Assembly (NCBI RefSeq): GCF_009914755.1
Contig: NC_060937.1
Reading direction: 5' to 3' (one strand)
Length of the DNA stretch: 64,000 nucleotides
Source of the DNA: the human T2T-CHM13v2.0 reference genome, Homo sapiens
A program made the translations under genes and the position numbers. The first letter of the stretch is position 1, and each line of letters opens with the position of its first letter. This document shows, one piece after another, positions 14,401 to 29,400 of the stretch. The notes below the pieces were generated by a model. It saw only the letters and a list, made by a program, of their open reading frames with translations. It was not told the DNA's origin and did not search any database.

Positions 14401-17400
14401 AAATATCAAAGTACCCAAAATATATATTGTAAACTCTACATAAAATATCAAAGTAGCCAAAATACATATTTTATACTGTACATAAAATATGAAAGTACCC
14501 CAAATATGTATTATATACTGTACATAAAATATCAAAGTACCCATAATACATATTATATACTGTACATAAAATATCAAAGGACCCAAAATAAACATTATAT
14601 ACTGTACATAAAATATCCAAATACTCAAAATATATATTACGTACTGTACATAAAATATCAAAGTACCCAAATTATGTATTATATACTGTACGTAAAATAT
14701 CAGAGTACCCAAAATATGCATTATATACTGTACATAAAATATGACAGTAACAATACATTTATAATAAACTGTACAAAAAATATCAAAGTACTCAAACTAT
14801 ATATCATATACTGTACATAAAATATCAAAGTACCCAAACTGTGTATTATTATATACTGTATATAAAATATCAAATACCTGAAATATATATTGTATACTGT
14901 ACATAAAATATCAAAGTACCCAAAATATATACTATATACTGTACATAAAATATGAAGGTACATCAAATATATATTATATCCTGTACATAAAATATCAAAG
15001 TACACCTATTATATATTGTGTACTGTACATAATATATTAAATCGCCCAAATATATATCGTATACTGTATATAAAATATGAAGGTACTTCAAATATATATT
15101 GTATGCTGCACATAAAATATCAAACTACCCAAAGAATGCATTACATACTGTACATAAAATATCAAAGTACACATATTATATATTATATAATGTACATAAA
15201 ATATGAAGGTTCATCAAATATATATTATATTCTGTACATAATATATCAAAGTACATAAAATATATATTATATACGGTACATAAAATATCAAAGTACCAAA
15301 AATATGTATTATATACTGTACATAAAACATGAAAGTAACCAAACATTTATAATAAACTGTACATTAAATATCAAAGTACTCAATGTACATAATATATACA
15401 GTATATAAAATATCAAAATACACAAACTGTATATTATATACTGTACATAATATATCAAAGTACCCAGAATATATAGCATACTGTACATAAAATATCAAAG
15501 TACCCAAAATATATATTGTATACTGTACTTAAAATATGAAGGTACATCAAAGATATATTATATTCTGTACATAAAATATCAAAGTACACCAAATATATAT
15601 TATATGCTGTACATAGTATATTAAAGTTGCCCGTATATACATTATATACTGTACATAAAATATGAACGTACATCAAATATATAGTATATGCTGCACATAA
15701 AATATCAAAGTACCCAAAGTATGTATTATACACTGTACATAAAATATCAAAGTACCAAAAGTATATATTACATACTGTAAATAAAATATGAAGGTACCAC
15801 AAATATATATTATATTCTGTACATAAAATATCAAAGTACACCAAGTATATACTATATACTCTGCATAAAATATTAAATTACCCAAAATATGTATTGTATT
15901 GTGTACATAAAATATGAAAGTAACCAAACATTTATAATAAACTGTACATAAAATATCAAAATACTCAAACTGTATATTATATACTGTACATAAAGTATCA
16001 AAGTACCCAAACTGTGTAGTATATACTGTACATAAAATATCAAGGTACCCAAAATATATATTGTAAACTGTAGATAAAATATCAAAGTACCCAAAATATA
16101 TATTATATACTGTACATAAAATGTGAAGGCACATCCAATATATATTATATTCTGTACATAAAGTATCAAAGTACACCAAATGTATATTATATACTGTACA
16201 TAAAATATCAAAGTACCCAAAGTGTATATTATATACTGTACATAAAATATGAAGGTTCATCAAATATATTTTATATTCTGCACATAATATATCAAAGTAC
16301 AGCAAATATATATTATATACTGTACATAAAATATCAAAGTACCCAAAATATGTATTATATACTGTACATAAAATATGAAAGTAACCAAACATTTATAATA
16401 AACTGTACATAAAGTATCAAAGTACTCAAACTACATATTATATACAGTATATAAAATGTCAAAGTACCCAAACTGTATATTATATACTGTACATAATATA
16501 TCAAAGTACCCGAATATATAGCATACTGTACATAAAATATCAAAGTACCCAAAGTGTGTATTATACACTGCACATAAAATATGAAGGTACATAAAATATA
16601 TATTGTATTCTGTACATAAAATATCAAAGTACTCCAAATATATATTATATGCTGTACATAATATATTAAAGTCGCCCAAATATATATTATATACTGTGCA
16701 TAAAATATGAAGGTACATCAAATATATATTATATGCTGCACATAAAATATCAAAGTACCCAAAGTATGTGTTATATACTGTACATAAAATATCAAAGTAC
16801 CCAAAGTATATATTATATACTGTACATAAAATATAAAATACCCCAAATATATATTATATGCTGTACATAAAATATCAAAGTACACAAAATATGTATTATA
16901 TACTGTACATAAAATACCAAAGGACCCAAAATATATATTATATACTGTACATAAAATATCAAAATACCCAAAATATATATTATATACTGTACATAAAATA
17001 CCAAAGTACCCAAAGTATATATTATATACCGTACAAAAAATAGCAAAGTAGCCAAAATATGTATTATACACTGTACATAATATATGAAAGTACCCAAACA
17101 TTTATAATAAACTGTACATAAAATATCAATGTACTCAAACTATATATTATGTGCGGTACATAAGATATCAAAGTACCCATACTATATAGTATATACTGTA
17201 CTTAAAATATCAAAATACCCAAAATATATATTATATACGTTACATAAACTATCAAGTACACAAAGTATGTATTATATACCGTACATAAAATAGCAAAGTT
17301 CCCAAAATATGTATTATATATATTATAAATATGTACATAAAATATGAAAGTATCCAACCATTTATAATAAACTCTACATAAAACACCAAAGTACCCAAAC

Positions 17401-20400
17401 TGTGTATTATATACTGTCTATAAAATATCAAAGTACCCAAAATATATATTGTAAACTGTACATAAAATATCAAAGTAGCCAAAATACATATTGTATACTG
17501 TACATAAAATATAAAAGTACCCCAAATATATATTATATACTGTACATAAAATATCAAAGTACCCATAATACATATTATATACTGTACATAAAATATCAAA
17601 GGACCCAAAATAAACATTATATACTGTACATAAAATATCCAAATACTCAAAATATATATTACATACTGTACATAAAATATCAAAGTACCCAAATTATGTA
17701 TTATATACTGTACGTAAAATATCAGAGTACCCAAAATATGCATTATATACTGTACATAAAATATGAAAGTAACAAAACATTTATAATAAACTGTACATAA
17801 AATATCAAAGTACTCAAACTATATATCATATACTGTACATAAAATATCAAAGTACCCAAAATATATATTGTATACTGTACATAAAATATGAAGGTACATC
17901 AAAGATATATTATATTCTGTACATAAAATATCAAACTACACCAAATATATATTATATGCTGTACATAATATATCAAAGTTGCCCATATATACATTCTATA
18001 CTGTACATAAAATATGAACGTACATCAAATATATAGTATATGCTGCACATAAAATATCAAAGTACCCAAAGTATGTATTATACACTGTACATAAAATATC
18101 AAAGTACCAAAAGTATATATTACATACTGTAAATAAAATATGAAGGTACCTCAAATATATATTATATTCTATACATAAAATATCAAAGTACACCAAGTAT
18201 ATACTATATACTCTGCATAAAATATTAAATTACCCAAAATATGTATTGCATTGTGTACATAAAATATGAAAGTAACCAAACGTTTATAATAAACTGTACA
18301 TAAAATATCAAAGTACTCAAACTGTATATTATATACTGTACATAAAGTATCAAAGTACCCAAACTGTGTAGTATATATTGTACATAAAATACCAAGGTAC
18401 CCAAAATATATATTGTAAACTGTAGATAAAATATCAAAGTACCCAAAATATATATTATATACTGTACATGAAATATGAAGGCACATCCAATATATATTAT
18501 ACTCTGTACATAAAATATCAAAGTACACCAAATGTATATTATATACTGTACATAAAATATGAAAGTACCCAATGTGTATATTATATACTGTACATAAACT
18601 ATGAAGGTTCATCAAATATATTTTATATTCTGCACATAATATATCAAAGTACAGCAAATATATATTATATACTGTACATAAAATATCAAAGTACCCAAAA
18701 TATGTATTATATACTGTACATAAAATATGAAAGTAAGCAAACATTTATAATAAACTGTACATAAAGTATCAAAGTACTCAAACTACATATTATATACAGT
18801 ATATAAAATATCAAAGTACCCAAACTGTATATTATATACTGTTCATAATATATCAAAGTACCCGAATATATAGCATACTCCACATAAAATATCAAAGTAC
18901 CCAAAGTTTGTATTATACACTGCACATAAAATATGGAGGCACATCAAAGATATATTATATTCTGTACATAAAATATCAAAGTACACCAAATATATATTAT
19001 ATGCTGTACATAATATATTAAAGTCGACCAAATATATATTATATACTGTACATAAAATATGAAGGTACATCAAATATATATTATATGCTGCACATAAAAT
19101 ATCAAAGTACCCAAAGTATGTGTTATATACTGTACATAAAATATCAAAGTACCCAAAGTATATATTATATACTGTACATAAAATATAAAATACCCCAAAT
19201 ATATATTATATGCTCTACATAAAATATCAAAGTACACAAAATATGTATTATATACTGTACATAAAATACCAAAGGACCCAAAATATATATTATATACTGT
19301 ACATAAAATATCAAAATACCCAAAATATATATTATATACTGTACATAAAATACCAAAGTACCCAAAGTATATATTATATACCGTACAAAAAATATCAAAG
19401 TAGCCAAAATATGTATTATACACTGTACATAATATATGAAAGTACCCAAACATTTATAATAAACTGTACATAAAATATCAATGTACTCAAACTATATATT
19501 ATGTGCGGTACATAAGATATCAAAGTACCCATACTATATAGTATATACTGTACTTAAAATATCAAAATACCCAAAATATATATTATATACGTTACATAAA
19601 CTATCACATACACAAAGTATGTATTATATACTGTACATAAAATAGCAAAGTTCCCAAAATATGTATTATATACTGTACATAAAATATGAAAGTACCCAAC
19701 CATTCATAATAAAGTCTACATAAAATACCAAAGTACCCAAACTGTGTATTATATACTGTCCATAAAATATCAAAGGACCCAAAATATATATTGTAAACTC
19801 TACATAAAATATCAAAGTAGCCAAAATACATATTGTATACTGTACATAAAATATAAAAGTACCCGAAATATATATTATATACTGTACATAAAATATCAAA
19901 GTACCCATAATACATATTATATACTGTACATAAAATATCAAAGGACCCAAAATAAACATTATATACTGTACATAAAATATCCAAATACTCAAAATATATA
20001 TTACATACTGTACATAAAATATCAAAGTACCCAAATTATGTATTATATACTGTACGTAAAATATCAGAGTACCCAAAATATGCATTATATACTGTACATA
20101 AAATATGAAAGTAACAAAACATTTATAATAAACTGTACATAAAATATCAAAGTACTCAAACTATATATCATATACTGTACATAAAATATCAAAGTACCCA
20201 AACTGTGTATTATTACATACTTTATATAAAATATCAAAGTACCTGAAATATATATTTTATACTGTACATAAAATATCAAAGTACCCAAAATATATACTAT
20301 ATACTGTACATAAAATATGAAGGTACATCAAATATATATTATATCCTGTACATAAAATATCAAAGTACTCCTATTATATATTGTGTACTGTACATAATAT

Positions 20401-23400
20401 ATTAAATCGCCCAAATATATATTTTATACTGTATATGAAATATGAAGGTACTTCAAATATATATTATATGCTGCACATAAAATATCAAAGTACCCAAAGT
20501 ATGCATTACATACTGTACATAAAATATCAAAGTACACAAATTATATATTATATTCTGTACATAAAATATGTAGGTTCGTCAAATATATTTTATATTCTGT
20601 ACATAATATATCAAAGTACATCAAATATATATTATATACGGTACATAAAATATCAAAGTACCCAAAATATGTACTATTTACTGTACATAAAATATGAAAG
20701 TAACCAAACATTTATAATAAACTGTACATAAAATATCAAAGTACTCAATCTACATATTATATACAGTATATAAAATATCAAAGTACACAAACTGTATATT
20801 ATATACTGTACATAATATATCAAAGTACCCAGAATATATAGCATACTGTACATACAATATCAAAGTACCCAGAATGTATATTGTATACTGTACATAAAAT
20901 ATGAAGGTACATCAAAGATATATTATATTCTGTACATAAAATATCAAAGTACACCAAATATATATTATATGCTGTACATAATATATTAAAGTTGCCCATG
21001 TATACATTTTATACTGTACATAAAATATGAAGGTACATCAAATATATAGTATATGCTGCACATAAAATATCAAAGTACCCAAAGTATGTATTATATACTG
21101 TACATAAAATATCAAAGTACCAAAAGTATATATTACCTACTGTAAATAAAATATGAAGATACCTCAAATATATATTATATTCTGTACATAAAATATCAAA
21201 GTACACCAAGTATATACTATATACTCTACATAAAATATTAAATTACCCAAAATATGTATTGTATTGTGTACATAAAATATGAAAGTATCCAAACATTTAT
21301 AATAAACTGTACATAAAATATCAAAGTACTCAAACTGTATATTATATACTGTACATAAAGTATCAAAGTACCCAAACTGTGTAGTATATACTGTACATAA
21401 AATATCAAGGTACCCAAAATATATATTGTAAACTGTAGATAAAATATCAAAATACCCAAAATATATATTATATACTGTACATAAAATATGAAGGCACATC
21501 CAATATATATTATATTCTGTACATAAAATATCAAAGTACACCAAATGTATATTATATACTGTACATAAAATATCAAAGTACCCAAAGTGTATATTATATA
21601 CTGTACATAAAATATGAAGGTTCATCAAATATATTTTATACTCTGCACATAATATATCAAAGTACAGCAAATATATATTATATACTGTACATAAAATATC
21701 AAAGTACCCAGAATATGTATTATATACTGTACATAAAATATGAAAGTAAGCAAACATTTATAATAAACTGTACATAAAGTATCAAAGTACTCAAACTACA
21801 TATTATATACAGTATATAAAATATCAAAGTACACAAACTGTATATTATATACTGTACATAATATATCAAAGTACCCGAATATATAGCATAATCTACATAA
21901 AATATCAAAGTACCCAAAGTTTGTATTATACACTGCACATAAAATATGAAGGTACATCAAAGATATATTATATTCTGTACATAAAATATCAAAGTACACC
22001 AACTATATATTATATGCTGTACATAATATATTAAAGTCGACCAAATATATATTATATACTGTACATAAAATATGAAGGTACATCAAATATATATTATATG
22101 CTGCACATAAAATATCAAAGTACCCAAAGTATGTGTTATATACTGTACATAAAATATCAAAGTACCCAAAGTATATATTATATACTGTACATAAAATATA
22201 AAATACCCCAAATATATATTATATGCTGTACATAAAATATCAAAGTACACAAAATATGTATTATATACTGTACATAAAATACCAAAGGACCCAAAATATA
22301 TATTATATACTGTACATAAAATATCAAAATACCCAAAATATATATTATATACTGTACATAAAATACCAAAGTACCCAAAGTATATATTATATACCGTACA
22401 AAAAATATCAAAGTAGCCAAAATATGTATTATACACTGTACATAATATATGAAAGTACCCAAACATTTATAATAAACTGTACATAAAATATCAATGTACT
22501 CAAACTATATATTATGTGCGCTACATAAGATATCAAAGTACCCATACTATATAGTATATACTGTACTTAAAATATCAAAATACCCAAAATATATATTATA
22601 TACGTTACATAAACTATCAAATACACAAAGTATGTATTATATACTGTACATAAAATAGCAAAGTTCCCAAAATATGTATTATATACTGTACATAAAATAT
22701 GAAAGTACCCAACCATTTATAATAAAGTCTACATAAAATACCAAAGTACCCAAACTGTGTATTATATACTGTCCATAAAATATCAAAGGACCCAAAATAT
22801 ATATTGTAAACTCTACAGAAAATATTAAAGTAGCCAAAATACATATTGTATACTGTACATAAAATATAAAAGTACCCCAAATATATATTATATACTGTAC
22901 ATAAAATATCAAAGTACCCATAATACATATTATATACTGTACATAAAATATCAAAGGACCCAAAATAAACATTATATACTGTACATAAAATATCCAAATA
23001 CTCAAAATACATATTACATACTGTACATAAAATATCAAAGTACCCAAATTATGTATTATATACTGTACGTAAAATATCAGAGTACCCAAAATATGCATTA
23101 TATACTGTACATAAAAAATGAAAGTAACAAAACATTTATAATAAACTGTACATAAAATATCAAAGTACTCAAACTATATATCATATACTGTACATAAAAT
23201 ATCAAAGTACCCAAACTGTGTATTATTATATACTGTATATAAAATATCAAAGTACCTGAAATATATATTGTATACTGTACATAAAATGTCAAAGTACCCA
23301 AAATATATACTATATACTGTACATAAAATATGAAGGTACATCAAATATATATTATATCCTGTACATAAAATATCAAAGTACACCTATTATATATTGTGTA

Positions 23401-26400
23401 CTGTACATAATATATTAAATCGCCCAAATATATATCGTATACTGTATATAAAATATGAAGGTACTTCAAATATATATTGTATGCTGCACATAAAATATCA
23501 AAGTACCCAAAGAATGCATTACATACTGTACATAAAATATCAAGGTACACAAATTATATATTATATACTGTACATAAAATATGTAGGTTCATCAAATATA
23601 TTTTATATTCTGTACATAATATATCAAAGTACATCAAATATATATTATATACTGTACATAAAATATCAAAGTACCCAAAATATGTATTATATACTGTACA
23701 TAAAACATGAAAGTAAGCAAACATTTATAATAAACTGTACATAAAATATCAAAGTACTCAATCTACATATTATATACAGTATATAAAATATCAAGGTACA
23801 CAAACTGTATAATATATACTGTACATAATATATCAAAGTACCCAGAATATATAGCATACTGTACATAAAATATCAAAGTACCCAAAATATATATTGTATA
23901 CTGTACATAAAATATGAAGGTACATCAAAGATATATTATATTCTGTACATAAAATATCAAACTACACCAAATATGTATTGTATGCTGTACATAATATATT
24001 AAAGTTGCCCATATGTACATTATATACTGTACATAAAATATGAACGTACATCAAATATATAGTATATGCTGCACATAAAATATCAAAGTACCCAAAGTAT
24101 GTATTATACACTGTACATAAAATATCAAAGTACCAAAAGTATATATTACATACTGTAAATAAAATATGAAGGTACCTCAAATATATATTATATTCTGTAC
24201 ATAAAATATCAAAGTACACCAAGTATATACTATATACTCTGCATAAAATATTAAATTACCCAAAATATGTATTGTATTGTGTACATAAAATATGAAAGTA
24301 TCCAAACATTTATAATAAACTGTACATAAAATATCAAAGTACTCAAACTGTATATTATATACTATACATAAAGTATCAAAGTACCCAAACTGTGTAGTAT
24401 ATACTGTACATAAAATATCAAGGTACCCAAAATATATATTGTAAACTGTAGATAAAATATCAAAGTACCCAAAATATATATTATATACTGTACATAAAAT
24501 ATGAAGGCACATCCAATATATATTATATTCTGTACATAAAATATCAAAGTACACCAAATGTATATAATATACTGTACATAAAATATCAAAGTACCCAAAT
24601 TGTATATTATATACTGTACATAAAATATGAAGGTTCATCAAATATATTTTATATTCTGCACATCATATATCAAAGTACAGCAAATATATATTATATACTG
24701 TACATAAAATATCAAAGTACCCAAAATATGTATTATATACTGTACATAAAATATGAAAGTAACCAAACATTTATAATACACTGTACATAAAGTATCAAAG
24801 TACTCAAACTACATATTATATACAGTATATAAAATATCAAAGTACCCAAACTGTATATTATATACTGTACATAATATATCAAAGTACCCGAATATATAGC
24901 ATACTCTACATAAAATATCAAAGTACCCAAAGTTTGTATTATACACTGCACAGAAAATATGAAGGTACATCAAAGATATATTATATTCTGTACATAAAAT
25001 ATCAAAGTACACCAAATATATATTATATGCTGTACATAATATATTAAAGTCGACCAAATATATATTATATACTGTACATAAAATATGAAGGTACATCAAA
25101 TATATATTATATGCTGCACATAAAATATCAAAGTACCCAAAGTATGTGTTATATACTGTACATAAAATATCAAATTACCCAAAGTATATATTATATACTG
25201 TACATAAAATATAAAATACCCCAAATATATATTATATGCTCTACATAAAATATCAAAGTACACAAAATATGTATTATATACTGTACATAAAATACCAAAG
25301 GACCCAAAATATATATTATATACTGTACATAAAATATGAAAATTCCCAAAATATATATTATATACTGTACATAAAATACCAAAGTACCCAAAGTATATAT
25401 TATATACCGTACAAAAAATATCAAAGTAGCCAAAATATGTATTATACACTGTACATAATATATGAAAGTACCCAAACATTTATAATAAATTGTACATAAA
25501 ATATCAATGTACTCCAACTATATATTATGTGCGGTACATAAGATATCAAAGTACCCATACTATATAGTATATACTGTACTTAAAATATCAAAATACCCAA
25601 AATATATATTATATACGTTACATAAACTATCAAATACACAAAGTATGTATTATATACTGTACATAAAATAGCAAAGTTCCCAAAATATGTATTATATACT
25701 GTACATAAAATATGAAAGTACCCAACCATTTATAATAAAGTCTACATAAAATACCAAAGTACCCAAACTGTGTATTATATACTGTCCATAAAATATCAAA
25801 GTACCCAAAATATATATTGTAAACTCTACATAAAATATCAAAGTAGCCAAAATACATATTGTATACTGTACATAAAATATAAAAGTACCCCAAATATATA
25901 TTATATACTGTACATAAAATATCAAAGTACCCATAATACATATTATATACTGTACATAAAATATCAAAGGACCCAAAATAAACATTATATACTGTACATA
26001 AAATATCCAAATACTCAAAATATATATTACATACTGTACATAAAATATCAAAGTACCCAAATTATGCATTATATACTGTACGTAAAATATCAGAGTAACC
26101 AAAATATGCATTATATACTGTACATAAAAAATGAAAGTAACAAAACATTTATAATAAACTGTACATAAAATATCAAAGTACTCAAACTATATATCATATA
26201 CTGTACATAAAATATCAAAGTACCCAAACTGTGTATTATTATATACTCTATATAAAATATCAAAGTACCTGAAATATATATTGTATACTGTACATAAAAT
26301 ATCAAAGTACCCAAAATATATACTATATACTGTACATAAAATATGAAGGTACATCAAATATATATTATATCCTGTACATAAAATATCAAAGTACACCTAT

Positions 26401-29400
26401 TATATATTGTGTACTGTACATAATATATTAAATCGCCCAAATATATATTGTATACTGTATATAAAATATGAAGGTACTTCAAATATATATTATATGCTGC
26501 ACATAAAATATCAAAGTACCCAAAGAATGCATTACATACTGTACATAAAATATCAAAATACACATGTTATCTATTATATAATGTACATAAAATATGAAGG
26601 TTCATCAAATATATATTATATTCTGTACATAATATATCAAAGTACATCAAATATATATTATATACTGTACATAAAATATCAAAGTACCAAAAATATGTAT
26701 TATATACTGTACATAAAACATGAAAGTAACCAAACATTTATAATAAACTGTACATAAAATATCAAAGTACTCAATCTACATATTATATACAGTATATAAA
26801 ATATCAAAGTACACAAACTGTATATTATATACTGTACATAATATATCAAAGTACCCAGAATATATAGCATACTGTACATACAATATCAAAGTACCCAGAA
26901 TGTATATTGTATTCTGTACATAAAATATGAATGTACATCAAAGATATATTATATTCTGTACATAAAATATCAAAGTACACCAAATATATATTATATGCTG
27001 TACATAATATATTAAAGTTGCCCATGCATACATTTTATACTGTACATAAAATATGAAGGTACATCAAATATATAGTATATGCTGCACATAAAATATCAAA
27101 GTACCCAAAGTATGTATTATATACTGTACATAAAATATCAAAGTACCAAAAGTATATATTACCTACTGTAAATAAAATATGAAGATACCTCAAATATATA
27201 TTATATTCTGTACATGAAATATCAAAGTACACCAAGTATATACTATATAGTCTACATAAAATATTAAATTACCCAAAATATGTATTGTATTGTGTACATA
27301 AAATATGAAAGTAACCAAACATTTATAATAAACTGTACATAAAATATCAAAGTACTCAAACTTTATATTATATACTGTACATAAAGTATCAAAGTACCCA
27401 AACTGTGTAGTATATACTGTACATAAAATATCAAGGTACCCAAAATGTATATTGTAAACTGTAGATAAAATATCAAAGTACCCAAAATATATATTATATA
27501 CTGTACATAAAATATGAAGGCTCATCCAATATATATTATATTCTGTACATAAAATATCAAAGTACACCAAATGTATATTATATACTGTACATAAAATATA
27601 AAACTACCCCAAATATATCTTATATACTCTACATAAAATATCAAAGTACCCAAAATATATATTATATACTGTACATAAAATATCAAAGTACCCATAGTAT
27701 GTATTATATCCTGTACATAAAATATGAAGGTACATCAAATATATATTCTATTCTGCACATAAAATATCATATTGCACCAAATATATATTGTATACTGTAT
27801 ATAAAATATGAAGGTACTTCAAATATATATTATATGCTGCACATAAAATATCAAAGTACCCAAAGTATGCATTATATACTGTACATAAAATATCAAAGTA
27901 CCCAAAGTGTATATTATATACTGTACATAAAATATGAAGGTTCATCAAATATATTTTATATTCTGCACATAATATATCAAAGTACAGCAAATATATATTA
28001 TATACTGTACATAAAATATCAAAGTACCCAAAATATGTATTATATACTGTACATAAAATATGAAAGTAACCAAACATTTATAATAAACTGTACATAAAAT
28101 ATCAAAGTACTCAAACTACATATTATATACAGTATATAAAATGTCAAAGTACCCAAACTGTATATTATATACTGTACATAATATATCAAAGTACCCGAAT
28201 ATATAGCATACTGTACATAAAATTTCAAAGTACCCAAAATATATATTGTATACTGTACATAAAATATGAAGGTACATCAAAGATATATTATATTCTGTAC
28301 ATAAAATATCAAAGTACACCAAATATATATTATATGCTGTACAGAATATATTAAAGTCGACCAAATATATATTATATACTGTACATAAAATATGAAGGTA
28401 CATCAAATATATATTATATGCTGCACATAAAATATCAAAGTACCCAAAGTATGTATTATATACTGTACATAAAATATCAAAGTACCCAAAGTATATATTA
28501 TATACTGTACATAAAATATAAAATACCCCAAATATATATTATATCCTGTACATAAAATATCAAAGTACCCAAAATATATATTGTAAATTGTACATAAAAT
28601 ATCAAAGTAGCCAAAATATATATTGTATACTGTACATAAAATATGAAGGTACATCAAATATATATTATATCCTGTACATAAAATATCAAAGTACCCAAAA
28701 TATATATTGTAAATTGTACATAAAATATCAAAGTAGCCAAAATATATATTGTATACTGTACATAAAATATAAAAGTACCCCAAATATGTATTATATACTG
28801 TACATAAAATATCAAAGTACCGATAATACATATTATATACTGTACATAAAATATCAAAGGACCCAAAATAAACATTATATACTGTACATAAAATATCCAA
28901 ATACTCAAAATATATATTACATACTGTACATAAAATATCAAAGTACCCAAATTATGTATTATATACTGTACGTAAAATATCAGAGTACCCAAAATATGCA
29001 TTATATACTGTACATAAAATATGAAAGTAACAAAACATTTATAATAAACTGTACATAAAATATCAAAGTACTCAAACTATATATCATATACTGTACATAA
29101 AATATCAAAGTACCCAAACTGTATATTATTATATACTGTATATAAAATATCAAAGTACCTGAAATATATATTGTATACTGTACATAAAATATCAAAGTAC
29201 CCAAAATATATACTATATACTGTACATAAAATATGAAGGTACATAAATATATATTATATCCTGTACATAAAATATCAAAGTACACCTATTATATATTGTG
29301 TACTCTACATAATATATTAAGTCGCCCAAATATATATTGTATACTGTATATAAAATATGAAGGTACTTCAAATATATATTATATGCTGCACATAAAATAT

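Noticed and set aside
15673-16392. Longest ORF (239 aa, minus strand)
   Set aside because: It is extended only by one substitution near 15799 that removes a stop present in the other copies (197 aa at 35098 and 53352); a chance read-through.
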